A stretch of 64,000 nucleotides of DNA from Vulcanimicrobiota bacterium (GCA_963812155.1 CAWETW010000002.1:32001-96000), one strand, 5' to 3'; numbered from the stretch's first letter, positions 12,247 through 21,953 are shown. The notes: generated by a model from the letters alone, not told the origin. Numbers and translations: made by a program.

Positions 12247-12675
12247 GTGACCGCCAACGAATTTTTTCTCCGGTTGGGTGCGGCGGCGCTCGCAGGCATC
12301 GTAATCGGTTTCGAGCGCCAGTGGCGGCAGCGTGCAGCCGGACTCCACACGAGCAGCCTTGTAGCAACCGGTGCCGCACTCTTCGCGTTACTCGACACGT
12401 CGTTGAACAGCGGCGATACGACGCGCATCGTCGCCGGCGTCGTCACCGGGGTAGGTTTCATCGCGGGCGGAGTCATTCTGCGTGCTGGGGCGGGCGTGAC
12501 GGGCCTCAACACCGCGGCGACGATTTGGGCCACTGCCGCGGTCGGTGCCGCCGCCGGCTTTGGGTTATGGACGCAGGCCGCCGCCGGTACTGCCGCCATC
12601 GTGTTTTTGAACCTGCTGCTTCAGCCGCTCGCCGACGCTATCGATGCGCGAGCGCAACGCTCCGGGAAAGAATGA
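12247..12675 (+). CDS. MgtC/SapB family protein (membrane domain only)
   Basis: IGFERQ..AGLHT, RIVAGVVTGVGFIAGG, GLNTAATIW. Confidence 0.9.
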   Translation: MTANEFFLRLGAAALAGIVIGFERQWRQRAAGLHTSSLVATGAALFALLDTSLNSGDTTRIVAGVVTGVGFIAGGVILRAGAGVTGLNTAATIWATAAVGAAAGFGLWTQAAAGTAAIVFLNLLLQPLADAIDARAQRSGKE

Positions 12676-13875
12676 ATGCGAGCGACGAAAGCGTCACGAT
12701 TGCCGTCACGGTCCAACCGGCCCATGCCACCGCCGCGCGGATCGGCCGGTCGCGCATCACCGTCCGATTGCGCGCGACGAGCATCGTAAAGACGAGCGTG
12801 ACGGCCGTCGCCAGTCCGGCAGCCACCGACGCCCAGTAGAGCAGCCACATCGTCGGAACGGGAATCATCGCAATCGCCGCAGCCACGGCCAGCGAAAGGA
12901 AGATGGCGCCGTAAAATTCGCGGGCTTCGCGGGGCCGGTTCGCAAGGCCGTAGTTCCACCCGAAGGTTTGCGCGACGACGTATCCGTTCGTCGCCGCGAT
13001 GACCGGCAGTGCGATCGCCGCCGATGCGAGCAGCCCGATCCCGAACAGTATCTCGGCGCCCGATCCGGCCAACGGCTTGAGCGCAGCTGCCGCATCGGCC
13101 GCAGTGCGAATCGGGGTGCCCTCGCTTCCCCACGACGCCGCCGTTGCCACGAGAATGAATAGAAAACTCGAGCCGGCGACGAGCATACCCAACACCGCGT
13201 CGGCATTGAACGCACCGAACTGCGCGGGTTCGGGACGGCGTTGCGCTACTTCGATCGACTCCCAATAGTAGACGTATCCGGTGAGCGTCGTTCCAAGCAA
13301 CGCGAGCGCGCCCGTGACGAACGCAGGCGACGCGCTCCAATGCGGAACGGCAATGTGGCGCAGTACGTCGAGCCAGTTCGGTCGCGCCAGCATCGCGCTG
13401 GCAATGTAACAGAGGAATATCAGCGTAAACGTTGCGAGCGTGCGCTCGATGCGCACGTACGATTTCGTCGCGAGCAGCCAGAAGGCAACGGCGGCCAGCG
13501 GAACGACGAAATACTCGAAGGGAATACGCGTAAGCAACGTCAACGCTTGCGCTCCGGCTTGCACGTCGGCCCCGAGCGTTACGATGCCGATGCCGGCGAT
13601 CGCCGCCGCGGCGATGGTCGCCGGAACGCGCCCGTATGACTGTACGATCGCCTGCTGCAGGCTCATTTGCGACGCGGACGCCACCGATGCCGCAACCCAC
13701 TGAATCACCGCAAGCATCGGGAGTAGCAGCACGACGAGCCATGCCAGACCGTAGCCCGTTGCGGCAGCGACGACGGCAATCGCGCCGACCGTGTCGGATC
13801 GTTGGCGGAAGCTCCCGCTACGAGTCCTGGGCCGAATCCTCGAACGAAACCGCGCGCCCGTGGCGTGCGGCGCAC
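12638..13875 (-). CDS. NRAMP-family divalent metal transporter, frameshift near 13793
   Basis: GPGLVAGASANDPT (ORF 13705..13911) joins TVGAIAVVAAATGYGLAWLVVLLLPML; GTTLTGYVYYWES motif. Start is approximate. Confidence 0.8.
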
Positions 13876-13879
13876 GTCG

Positions 13880-14785
13880 TCAGCCTTCGTCTCGGACGCA
13901 GCGGAATCCAAGGTGCGACATGCCGGTGTCGATCATTTGCGGCGAGCGCGCCGCAGGGCGGAAGCGCAAGCAGTATCCGGGCGAACACAAAAACGACCCG
14001 CCCTTGAGCACTCTGCGAGGAATACGAATCTGTGGTTGGCACGGATCGTAGCTTCGTTCGCGCGCGTCACCGCCACAGCACGGAGATGCGACGCCGCGAT
14101 CGGTCGTATACCAATCCGACGTCCACTCCCACACGTTGCCCGCCATGTCGAAGAGTCCGTATCCATTTGCTGCAAACGATCCGACCGGCACGGTTCCGGG
14201 ACCGCGGCGGGCGGTGCTCTTCCACGGAAACTCGCCCTGCCAGGTGTTCGCGGCCGGCTTTCCGTTCGGTTCCATCTCGTCGCCCCACACGAAGTCTTTG
14301 CCGTCGAGTCCCCCGCGCGCGGCGAATTCCCATTCCGTTTCGGTGGGTAGGCGCTTACCGGCCCATCGCGCGTAGGCGTCCACGTCTTCCCATGCTACAT
14401 GGACGACCGGATGATCGGGGCGGGACGCACTGGAACTGCCCGGGCCCTCGGGATGCTTCCAAAACGCGCCGGGCACCCACGACCACCACTGCGCGTAGTC
14501 GCGCAGATTCACCGGGCCCCCGGTCATGTGAAAAACCATCGAACCCGGGACGAGATTCTCGGCCGGCGCGCCCGGGAAATCGGCTGCGTCTGGAACGCGC
14601 TCGGCGACCGTCACGTATCCGGTCTTGCGCACGAACTTCGCAAAGTCGGCGTTCGTCACCGCGTACGCATCGATCCAGTACCCGTCGTCGATGCGTACCT
14701 CGCGCGCCGGCGCCTCCTCGGGATAGAACCGGTCCGACCCCATGCGGAACGCCGCGGGTTCGATCCAAATCATTCCGTCGCGCAC
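13880..14785 (-). CDS. Formylglycine-generating enzyme (sulfatase-modifying factor)
   Basis: FRMGSDRFYPEE, HPVVHVAW, RLPTETEWE, DMAGNVWEW, KGGSFLCSPGYCLRFRPAAR (catalytic CxxxxC), HLGFRC. Confidence 0.93.
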   Translation of the reverse strand: MRDGMIWIEPAAFRMGSDRFYPEEAPAREVRIDDGYWIDAYAVTNADFAKFVRKTGYVTVAERVPDAADFPGAPAENLVPGSMVFHMTGGPVNLRDYAQWWSWVPGAFWKHPEGPGSSSASRPDHPVVHVAWEDVDAYARWAGKRLPTETEWEFAARGGLDGKDFVWGDEMEPNGKPAANTWQGEFPWKSTARRGPGTVPVGSFAANGYGLFDMAGNVWEWTSDWYTTDRGVASPCCGGDARERSYDPCQPQIRIPRRVLKGGSFLCSPGYCLRFRPAARSPQMIDTGMSHLGFRCVRDEG

Positions 14786-14802
14786 GTTGCTACTCTAACG
14801 CG

Positions 14803-15546
14803 TTAGTCGTGGCGGTCGAACTCGGCCGCAAGGCCCTCGCCAAGCCGCTTGCGGTCTTTCTCGCCTACGGTCAGCGGGGCGGGTTCCCACGGCTCCCACT
14901 CTTCCCAGCCCAGCGCCTGCGACGTCAGCCGGAAGCCAAACCCGACGACGAACGCAATGGCCGTCGAAGATATCACCGACATGCCGAAAGTTTGATTGCA
15001 AAGCACGTATGCGGTGCCGGTCAAAATCGCCGCCAACACGAAGAACTCGCCGCGTACCAGCTGTTTTGGAACCACCAGGCAGGCGACGTCGATGATCCAG
15101 CGCCCAGCCGTCGTCGCGATGACGCCGATGACGACGGCCGCAATATACCCGAGATTCGCGTGAAGCGCGGCTTGCGCGCCGACGATCGCGTACCACGGAA
15201 GTGAGAACGCCGTCATGAACTGGAACAAACCGTCTTTGAATCGCTGGGCGCTGACGTAATCGATGAGCAGCGCCAGCGCGGCTGCGGTGAAGCAGAAGAT
15301 CAAATACCACGGATTCTCTAGCGGCGACGGGATCTTATTGACGAGCACGTCGCGCACGATGCCGCCGCCTATGCCGCCCGCATATGCGAGAATGATGATC
15401 CCGATAACCGTAAAATGCCTGTAGTGATCGGGCCTGCGGGCCAGCAACGCGCCGTTGAACGCATTCGTCGTAGCCGCAATAAGTGAGATGACGTCGACGG
15501 TCGTCAGCGTCCAGATGCCGAACTTCGAAACGATCAGCGGCGTCAT
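14803..15546 (-). CDS. TRIC/UPF0126 family membrane protein
   Basis: GIGGGIVRDVL and second repeat ATTAGRWIIDV; about 7 TM helices. Confidence 0.8.
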   Translation of the reverse strand: MTPLIVSKFGIWTLTTVDVISLIAATTNAFNGALLARRPDHYRHFTVIGIIILAYAGGIGGGIVRDVLVNKIPSPLENPWYLIFCFTAAALALLIDYVSAQRFKDGLFQFMTAFSLPWYAIVGAQAALHANLGYIAAVVIGVIATTAGRWIIDVACLVVPKQLVRGEFFVLAAILTGTAYVLCNQTFGMSVISSTAIAFVVGFGFRLTSQALGWEEWEPWEPAPLTVGEKDRKRLGEGLAAEFDRHD

Positions 15547-16385
15547 GCGACCACCTTCGCCGTTTTTGCATAGTACGCACCCAGAATCGTCACGAGAACG
15601 AACTGGATGATAAAGTAGACGAGCACCGTGGCGGCGACTTGGTCGCTTTGGAAGTTCGACGTCGCGACGAGTGCGCCGAGACCGACGTTACGAAGCGCCG
15701 TGCCGAGCGAGAGCACCCGCCGGTCCTGACGCGCCGGGCCGCCGAGCAGCCATCCGGCGCCCAGCGAAACGAGCACGGTGCAGAGCATCGCCCACATGCC
15801 GTTGGATCCGTACACCGATGCGATGGAGTGGACGAGCTTCGGCGCCAGGACCGCGATCAAGGCGATCGCCGCCGCGAAAAACACGATCTCCAACGGTCTT
15901 CCCAATCGTTGCGCCGCTGCCGGCGAGCGCTCGCCAACGAGCATTCCCAGCAGCAGGGGCAGAAACTGGAACAGCACGAGCGTCACCAGAAACTGTCCGA
16001 GCGGAACGTGCGCCGAAGCTCCCGGCGGAAGCACGAGGGCTGCGGTGATCGGGATGGTGAGAATCGACAGCAGCGGCAGCACGAAGGCCAGCTCCACCGC
16101 CAGCGCGAGACGGCCGCCGCGCTTTCGCACCTGCGCCAGCACGAAAGGCACGCCGGGCGCGATCGCCATGAGTAGAAAACCCGTCTCGACCTCGACGGGC
16201 AAGCGGAAGAGCCGCGCGAGACCGTACCCGGCCGCAGGAACGATGAGAAAGTTTGCAATCAACACACGAACGAGCAGACTGGCGTTCTTGAAAATCTCGA
16301 CGAGGTGCGCGCGATTGACCTGCAGGCCGGCGCCGAACGTCAGCGACGCCAGCATGATTGCCGCGAGGATTCGTTCGATGATCAC
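15543..16385 (-). CDS. Bile acid:sodium symporter family transporter
   Basis: ANFLIVP, APGVP, LGTALRNVGL motifs; about 9 TM helices. Confidence 0.8.
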   Translation of the reverse strand: MIIERILAAIMLASLTFGAGLQVNRAHLVEIFKNASLLVRVLIANFLIVPAAGYGLARLFRLPVEVETGFLLMAIAPGVPFVLAQVRKRGGRLALAVELAFVLPLLSILTIPITAALVLPPGASAHVPLGQFLVTLVLFQFLPLLLGMLVGERSPAAAQRLGRPLEIVFFAAAIALIAVLAPKLVHSIASVYGSNGMWAMLCTVLVSLGAGWLLGGPARQDRRVLSLGTALRNVGLGALVATSNFQSDQVAATVLVYFIIQFVLVTILGAYYAKTAKVVA

Positions 16386-16491
16386 AAGCTACTCCCGCAC
16401 GCGTTCGAGTGGTACGATCACATGGCAGCCTTTGCGCAGAGGTCGCCTGCTTCTCGCAACCGCGCATCGCTCCCTCCCCTTGCGGCAGCAC

Positions 16492-17724
16492 TTACGACGC
16501 ATTGAAAACGATCTGGTCCCATTCCCACAATTGCTTGAAAAAATCGCGCGCGAACGTCCGGTCTTCGGCGTCTCCGCAAATTTCTGCGATGGTTCGTTCG
16601 CCGTCCACAGCTGCAAGGAGGCGTTCTTGTCGCGCGCTCACGGGAAGATAGAGATCGGTATCGACGTGGTTCCGGTTAATGAGCACGGCCGCGGCACCGG
16701 CGGGAAGGCGTTCGCGCACGGCGATCGTTCCGGGCACCGCAATGGGAACGTATCCAAGCCAGTCGTCGCCGTCGAAACGGACCGCGCGCGGTGCGGACGC
16801 ATCGTCGCTGACGTATGCGATCGCGCTGTGACGCGCCATCGTCCCGCGAAATAATTCCATCGCCGCGTACTGCGCTTGGCGCGGAAGCCGCGCAAGCACG
16901 GCGGCGTGCGGCGTCGAGGCCGGCCCCCCGCACGCCGGAAGGTAGGGTGCTTGGCGGACCCATCGCGCGAATGTGAATCCACCACGATCGAGCAGCTCGA
17001 AGAACTGCGCGACGTCGTACGCACGATCGCGCGGATGCAGCAGCGCGTCGGCCAGCGCGTCCGGATTTAAAAAATCCGGCGAGGCACGCAGCAACGGTAC
17101 GAGCGGATGATCGGCGGGGAGCGCCTCGAGGGTCGCGGCGAGATCGCGAATCTCCGCGCTCGACCAGCCAATCCCGAGGCGGCGGCAGTACTCCTGCAGC
17201 ATGTAGACGCCCGCGCGCCCGTACGGCGCGTAGACCATGACGTTCAGTGCACCGCCGGAACGTACCGCCGCGCGAATCGCACGTAATCCCGCGACCGGAT
17301 CCGCCAGATGATGGAGCACGCCGGTACATACGGCAAAGTCGAAGCGTTCGCCGAGTTCGTTCACGCTTTCGACGGCGAGGCGGCGCAGTTCGAGATTGTC
17401 GAGGCGATGTTTTCGTTTCAGCGCGGCCGCAAGTTCGATGCTCGTGGCGCTGACGTCGATCCCCACGACGCGGGCGCGCGGCCAGCGTAAAGCGTGGTGC
17501 ACGGCCTGCATCGTGCCGCATCCGGCAACGAGAATGCTGCGGTCGTCGCGATACGCTTGCGAAGGGAATATGAGGGCGGACTCCGCTCCCCGGCGCCGCT
17601 CGTCCCAGCTCCGGCGATATGCCGCCACGTCGTCGAGCGGCGGCGGATACGGATGGTTTTCGTAAAACTCGCCCACGCGAGCGGCGATGGCGGCTTGCGC
17701 CGCCATCGCTTCGTCGTCGTCCAA
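16492..17724 (-). CDS. Class I SAM-dependent methyltransferase
   Basis: FYENHPYP, ILVAGCGT, GIDVS, CTGVLHHLADP, YAPYGR. Confidence 0.85.
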   Translation of the reverse strand: MDDDEAMAAQAAIAARVGEFYENHPYPPPLDDVAAYRRSWDERRRGAESALIFPSQAYRDDRSILVAGCGTMQAVHHALRWPRARVVGIDVSATSIELAAALKRKHRLDNLELRRLAVESVNELGERFDFAVCTGVLHHLADPVAGLRAIRAAVRSGGALNVMVYAPYGRAGVYMLQEYCRRLGIGWSSAEIRDLAATLEALPADHPLVPLLRASPDFLNPDALADALLHPRDRAYDVAQFFELLDRGGFTFARWVRQAPYLPACGGPASTPHAAVLARLPRQAQYAAMELFRGTMARHSAIAYVSDDASAPRAVRFDGDDWLGYVPIAVPGTIAVRERLPAGAAAVLINRNHVDTDLYLPVSARQERLLAAVDGERTIAEICGDAEDRTFARDFFKQLWEWDQIVFNAS

Positions 17725-17730
17725 CGGGTG

Positions 17731-19245
17731 CTAACCGTGCGGCGTTTTCACCTGTTCCATCACCGAATCGAGGTTGAACGAAGCCGGTTTTTGGCGCGGC
17801 GGGAACTTCTCGAAGTCCGCAATTTGTCCCGCGATCACCGCTTGCATCATGTACAGCTGGGGCGCGTGGTCGACCATCCAGTCCCAGTAGGTGTTCGAGT
17901 TGAAGTCGGCTCGTTCGAAGGGGTCGCGCCGCAAGCTCATGATATGCGGCAAACGGAGTTTCACGAACGGCTCGGCCCACTGTTGCATCGTATTCGCCCG
18001 TTGAACCGACAGATTGAACTTCCAGTCGCCGACGCGGACCGCGATGACGTCGCCGTCGTCGCTGAAGTATACGATCGCGTTTCTCGGACTTTCCTTCACC
18101 GCACCGCTGAGGTACGGAATCATGTTGTAGCCGTCCAGATGGACGTTGAACTTCTTACCGCCTACCTTACAGCCGTCGAGCAGCTGCTGGGTGACGTCCG
18201 GATTGCCGGCAGCGGCCAGCAGCGTCGGGAACATGTCGATGTGCGAGACGATGCCGTTATAAACCGCCCCCGGCTTGATCGTGCCGGGCCAGCGCATGAA
18301 GCACGGCACGCGCCAGCCGCCTTCCCAGTTGGAGTCTTTTTGCCCGCGGAACGGCGTGTTGGCGCCGTCGGGCCAGGTATCGTTCTCGGGGCCGTTATCG
18401 GTCGAGTACATGACGATCGTATTGTCGGCGATGCCCAACTCGTCGAGCTTGTCGAGCATCATGCCGATTTGCTCGTCGTGCACGACCATTCGATCGCTGT
18501 ACGGATCTTGCCCGCTCTTACCGATGTTCTTTGGTGCGACGTGCGTGCGGAAATGCATGGCGGTGGAGTTGTACCACAGGAAAAACGGCTGATCTGCCTT
18601 GGCTTGTTTCTCCATCCACTCCAGCGCGGCGCTGGTGATCTCTTCGTCGATGGTTTCCATTCGCTTCTTGGTCAGGGGACCGGTGTCCACGACCGTCTGT
18701 TTGCCCACGCGGCCAAAGCGCGGATCGACCGTGGGGTCGTCCGTGTCGGTCGCCTTACAATGAAGCACGCCGCGCGGCCCAAACATTTCCTTGAACTTCG
18801 GATCCTTTGGATAATCGGGGAGTTCGGGCTCTTCCTCGGCGTTGAGATGGTAGAGGTTGCCGAAGAACTCATCGAAGCCGTGCACGGTCGGCAGAAACTC
18901 ATTGCGGTCGCCCAAATGATTCTTGCCGAACTGGCCGGTGACGTAGCCTTGCGGCTTGAGCAGCTCGGCGATGGTGGGGTCTTCCGGCTGCAGGCCGACC
19001 GTCGCTCCGGGCATGCCCACCTTGGTGAGGCCAGTGCGAATCGGGTTCTGACCCGTGATGAAGCAGGCGCGGCCGGCGGTGCAGCTCTGCTGCGAGTAAT
19101 AGTCGGTGAAGAGGCCGCCTTCATTGGCGACGCGGTCGATGTTTGGGGTGCGGTATCCCATCATGCCGTTGCTGAATTTACTGACATTCCAGATGCCGAT
19201 ATCATCTCCCCAAAGAATCAAAATATTGGGCTTTTTGTTAGCCAT
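17731..19245 (-). CDS. Arylsulfatase (Cys-type), no signal peptide
   Basis: KPNILILWGDD, SCTAGRA, GKNHLGD, STDNG, WEGGWRVP; RBS GGGAG upstream. Confidence 0.93.
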   Translation of the reverse strand: MANKKPNILILWGDDIGIWNVSKFSNGMMGYRTPNIDRVANEGGLFTDYYSQQSCTAGRACFITGQNPIRTGLTKVGMPGATVGLQPEDPTIAELLKPQGYVTGQFGKNHLGDRNEFLPTVHGFDEFFGNLYHLNAEEEPELPDYPKDPKFKEMFGPRGVLHCKATDTDDPTVDPRFGRVGKQTVVDTGPLTKKRMETIDEEITSAALEWMEKQAKADQPFFLWYNSTAMHFRTHVAPKNIGKSGQDPYSDRMVVHDEQIGMMLDKLDELGIADNTIVMYSTDNGPENDTWPDGANTPFRGQKDSNWEGGWRVPCFMRWPGTIKPGAVYNGIVSHIDMFPTLLAAAGNPDVTQQLLDGCKVGGKKFNVHLDGYNMIPYLSGAVKESPRNAIVYFSDDGDVIAVRVGDWKFNLSVQRANTMQQWAEPFVKLRLPHIMSLRRDPFERADFNSNTYWDWMVDHAPQLYMMQAVIAGQIADFEKFPPRQKPASFNLDSVMEQVKTPHG

Positions 19246-19370
19246 ACTGTACTCCCGTAAAGAGGTCGCCCTACCGTCGCGACTATGGATGAGGAGGGCT
19301 GAAGGTTCGCGGGCCGGCAGCGCGCGCCTGCTCGCCTCGGGGCGCCGATTGACGCTGATTTACAAAGATG

Positions 19371-19949
19371 AAGAAATGTTAAAAGCGCTTTTCCTTACGA
19401 TACGGTGGACGTGATCACGGAATCGTTCGAAACGAATGCGACGGAGCCGCTCGACTCGAGAAAGGCGCCGCAAACCATGCCGTAAACGGCTATTGCCCCG
19501 CTAACGGTGACGTCGCCGGCCACGACTCCGTGGACGTAGGCGACCGCACCACTTTGCACCGCGACTTTGCCGGTCACCATCCCCCTAAGGATGAGCTGCG
19601 CGCCGTCGTGAACCGTTACGTCTCCGATCAGCATGCCGACCAGTTCGGTCGTCTTATAGCAGTCGATGCCGCCTTGGTCGTTCAAGCCCGTGATAGGCCA
19701 TTCGACCGACTTGGCGGGAAACGTCCTAAGGAACTGCTCCTCGCTCCATCGTGCAGGCATAGCGAGATGCTGCGGCGTCGACGCAAGCGATCCTCCCGAG
19801 CCGGCGGCAGGCGCGCCCTCACCGGTGACGAGAACTCCGGCGGGTACTGTGAGGATTCGATATCGTGCCGACGTCGAGCGCCCGATCGTCGATCGCATCG
19901 CCGACGTTGCATCCTCTGGCGAAACGTAAACATCGTAAAGAAATGTTAA
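19371..19949. repeat. 12-bp direct repeat AAGAAATGTTAA at 19371-19382 and 19938-19949
   Basis: Exact AT-rich 12-mer occurs twice in high-GC DNA and flanks a 555-bp segment. Confidence 0.7.
19395..19685 (-). CDS. Small bactofilin-like beta-helix repeat protein; start uncertain
   Basis: Repeating GM(L/V)xG(D/K)VxV pattern: GMLIGDVTVHDGAQLILRGMVTGKVAVQSGAVAYVHGVVAGDVTV. Confidence 0.6.
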   Translation of the reverse strand: MNDQGGIDCYKTTELVGMLIGDVTVHDGAQLILRGMVTGKVAVQSGAVAYVHGVVAGDVTVSGAIAVYGMVCGAFLESSGSVAFVSNDSVITSTVS

Positions 19950-19951
19950 GC

Positions 19952-20452
19952 ATGTGGCTCTGGAGTGCGGCGCTCGTTTTTGTCACGATCAGCCTCCATG
20001 TCGCCGGCATAACGGCCATTACGCGCGGGCTGCGCACCTTTTGGTCCGATGACGTCGATCGGCGATTTACGTATTTGGCCAGCAGTCCGGGGGTCATCGG
20101 GATCATCGTCGCCGCCGCACTGACGCTCGCGGTGCTCCACGGCATCGAATGCATCGCGTGGGCGGGGGCGTATCTGAAGACCGGAGCCCTTGCAACGTCT
20201 TCGGATGCGATGCTCTACTCGGTCGGCTCGATGACGACGCGCGGAGCGTCGGATCTGACGCCGAAGCCGGAATGGCGATTAATGGGCGCAATCGAAGCCG
20301 GTGACGGGATGTTGCTCTTCGGAATCAGCACGGCGTTTCTCTTCAGCGTCATGCTGCGGTTGTGGCGCGTTACCTCGCCGCTTTCGCAACCGTTCCGGGC
20401 GGAGCCGCCGGAGGTGAATCGGGAACGAGCCCCGAGGAAGCGCGATGCTTGA
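19952..20452 (+). CDS. Ion-channel-like (Ion_trans_2) membrane protein with non-canonical filter
   Basis: LYSVGSMTTRGASDL..WRLMGAIEAGDGMLLFGISTAFL matches the pore-loop/inner-helix layout. Confidence 0.7.
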   Translation: MWLWSAALVFVTISLHVAGITAITRGLRTFWSDDVDRRFTYLASSPGVIGIIVAAALTLAVLHGIECIAWAGAYLKTGALATSSDAMLYSVGSMTTRGASDLTPKPEWRLMGAIEAGDGMLLFGISTAFLFSVMLRLWRVTSPLSQPFRAEPPEVNRERAPRKRDA

Positions 20453-21068
20453 GCGGGGCGTGGTCGATCGCATCGTCGACGTTTTGTCGGTGACGCTTAT
20501 CTCGGCTGCGGCGGTGCTCTCGGCGGTCTGCGGGTATCAATCGGGGCGCTGGAGCGGCGAGCAAACGCGCCTCTACAACGTGGCAAACGCGGAGCGCGTG
20601 AGTTCCGCGGTGATCGCCAATCGCTCGATCGCGCTCACCGCCATTGACGTCAACATGTTTCTCCAGTACGTCGACGCGGTCGACGAGGGAAACGCTCGTC
20701 GTGCGGCCTTTTTCTTCCAGCGCTTTCGCGCGCCGATGCGGGACGCCACGCGCGCGTGGCTCGCAACGCATCCCCTGCGCAACGCGCACGCTCCCGCGTC
20801 GCCGTTTGAGATGCCGCAGTATGGCCGCGAAAACGCCGACGCGGCACCGCGGTACGAAACTCAGGCTCGCGAGGCCTTTGACGCGGCGCAAACCGCAAAC
20901 CGGCACGCCGACAATTTCACTCTTTTAACCGTCGTGTTTGCGAGCGTCTCGTTTCTGGCCGGCATGAGCACGAAGATGGCGTATCCGCGCCACGCGATCG
21001 TCGTTTTCGTCGGCATCGTGGCGCTGATCTACGGTATCGTCCGCCTGGCGGCGTTGCCGTTCTTGTAG
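20445..21068 (+). CDS. Hypothetical membrane protein (DUF4337-like layout)
   Basis: N-terminal TM, helical soluble part, two C-terminal TMs; start overlaps the previous gene. Confidence 0.65.
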   Translation: MLERGVVDRIVDVLSVTLISAAAVLSAVCGYQSGRWSGEQTRLYNVANAERVSSAVIANRSIALTAIDVNMFLQYVDAVDEGNARRAAFFFQRFRAPMRDATRAWLATHPLRNAHAPASPFEMPQYGRENADAAPRYETQAREAFDAAQTANRHADNFTLLTVVFASVSFLAGMSTKMAYPRHAIVVFVGIVALIYGIVRLAALPFL

Positions 21069-21074
21069 CCGGCT

Positions 21075-21953
21075 ATGGACGACGCGGTGCGAGAACCAGC
21101 CCCCCTCGACGAATCCGCCTTGCGCGACCCGCTCGAGCGGCCGGTCTTCATCGCGTCGGTCGTCGGGAACTTTTTGCTGATGGCGATCGCCATCGCGTTC
21201 ATCTTCTACCAGCCCGCTTGGATGAAGTCGCATCCGGTCATCGGAAAGGACATCTCGTTCCTTCGGGTGCTCGCCATCTCCGCGCTGATCGGCGTCCCGC
21301 TGCTCGTGCTGAACCGAAATCGCCGCGAAGCGTCAGTCCGAGGCAATTCGGTTCGCCTTTCGGAGCGCCAATTTCCCGAAGTCTATGCAGTCTTCCGCAG
21401 CCACTGTGAGCGCCTCGGCATGACGGAGATGCCCGAACTGTTCATCACGACCGGCACGATCGAGCCGTTCTCTCAAGCGTTCTCGTCCTGGCGCGAGAAC
21501 TACATCGTGCTCCATCAGGTATTGTTCGACATCGACGACCGCAAAACGATGGACGTCATATCGTTCGTTCTCGCCCACGAACTCGGGGCCGTGCGGCTCA
21601 ACCAAACCGCGGTCTGGAATGAAATGCTGCTGACCTACGTGTCGGCAATCAAGTGGCTACGCAATCCGCTCGAACGCGCGCGCACCTACTCGCGCGACCG
21701 TTACGGCGCCGCCCTCTCGCCGACCGGCTTTCGCGGTCTGCTCATCAACGCCATCGGCCGCCGGTTGATGGATCGCGTCGACATCGAAGACTACCTCAAC
21801 CAAGAGCGCCGGTACGGTGGTTTCTGGTCGGCGGTAAACGTATTTTTCGAGGCGAAGCCGCAAGTCTTCACGCGCCTGGCGCGACTGCACGAAGCCGGAT
21901 ACCGCTACGTGCCGCACGAGCAGCCCGCCGCGTTGCCGAAAGGGCCGGGCTAG
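21075..21953 (+). CDS. M48/HtpX-like membrane peptidase homologue with degenerate zinc site
   Basis: VRLSERQFPEVY, PELFI, FVLAHELGA, RARTYSRDRYG. Confidence 0.7.
   Translation: MDDAVREPAPLDESALRDPLERPVFIASVVGNFLLMAIAIAFIFYQPAWMKSHPVIGKDISFLRVLAISALIGVPLLVLNRNRREASVRGNSVRLSERQFPEVYAVFRSHCERLGMTEMPELFITTGTIEPFSQAFSSWRENYIVLHQVLFDIDDRKTMDVISFVLAHELGAVRLNQTAVWNEMLLTYVSAIKWLRNPLERARTYSRDRYGAALSPTGFRGLLINAIGRRLMDRVDIEDYLNQERRYGGFWSAVNVFFEAKPQVFTRLARLHEAGYRYVPHEQPAALPKGPG

Noticed and set aside
16438..19270. AGAGGTCGCC upstream of both the BASS gene (16438) and the sulfatase (19261)
   Set aside because: Short, GC-rich and at different distances from the starts; weak evidence for an operator.
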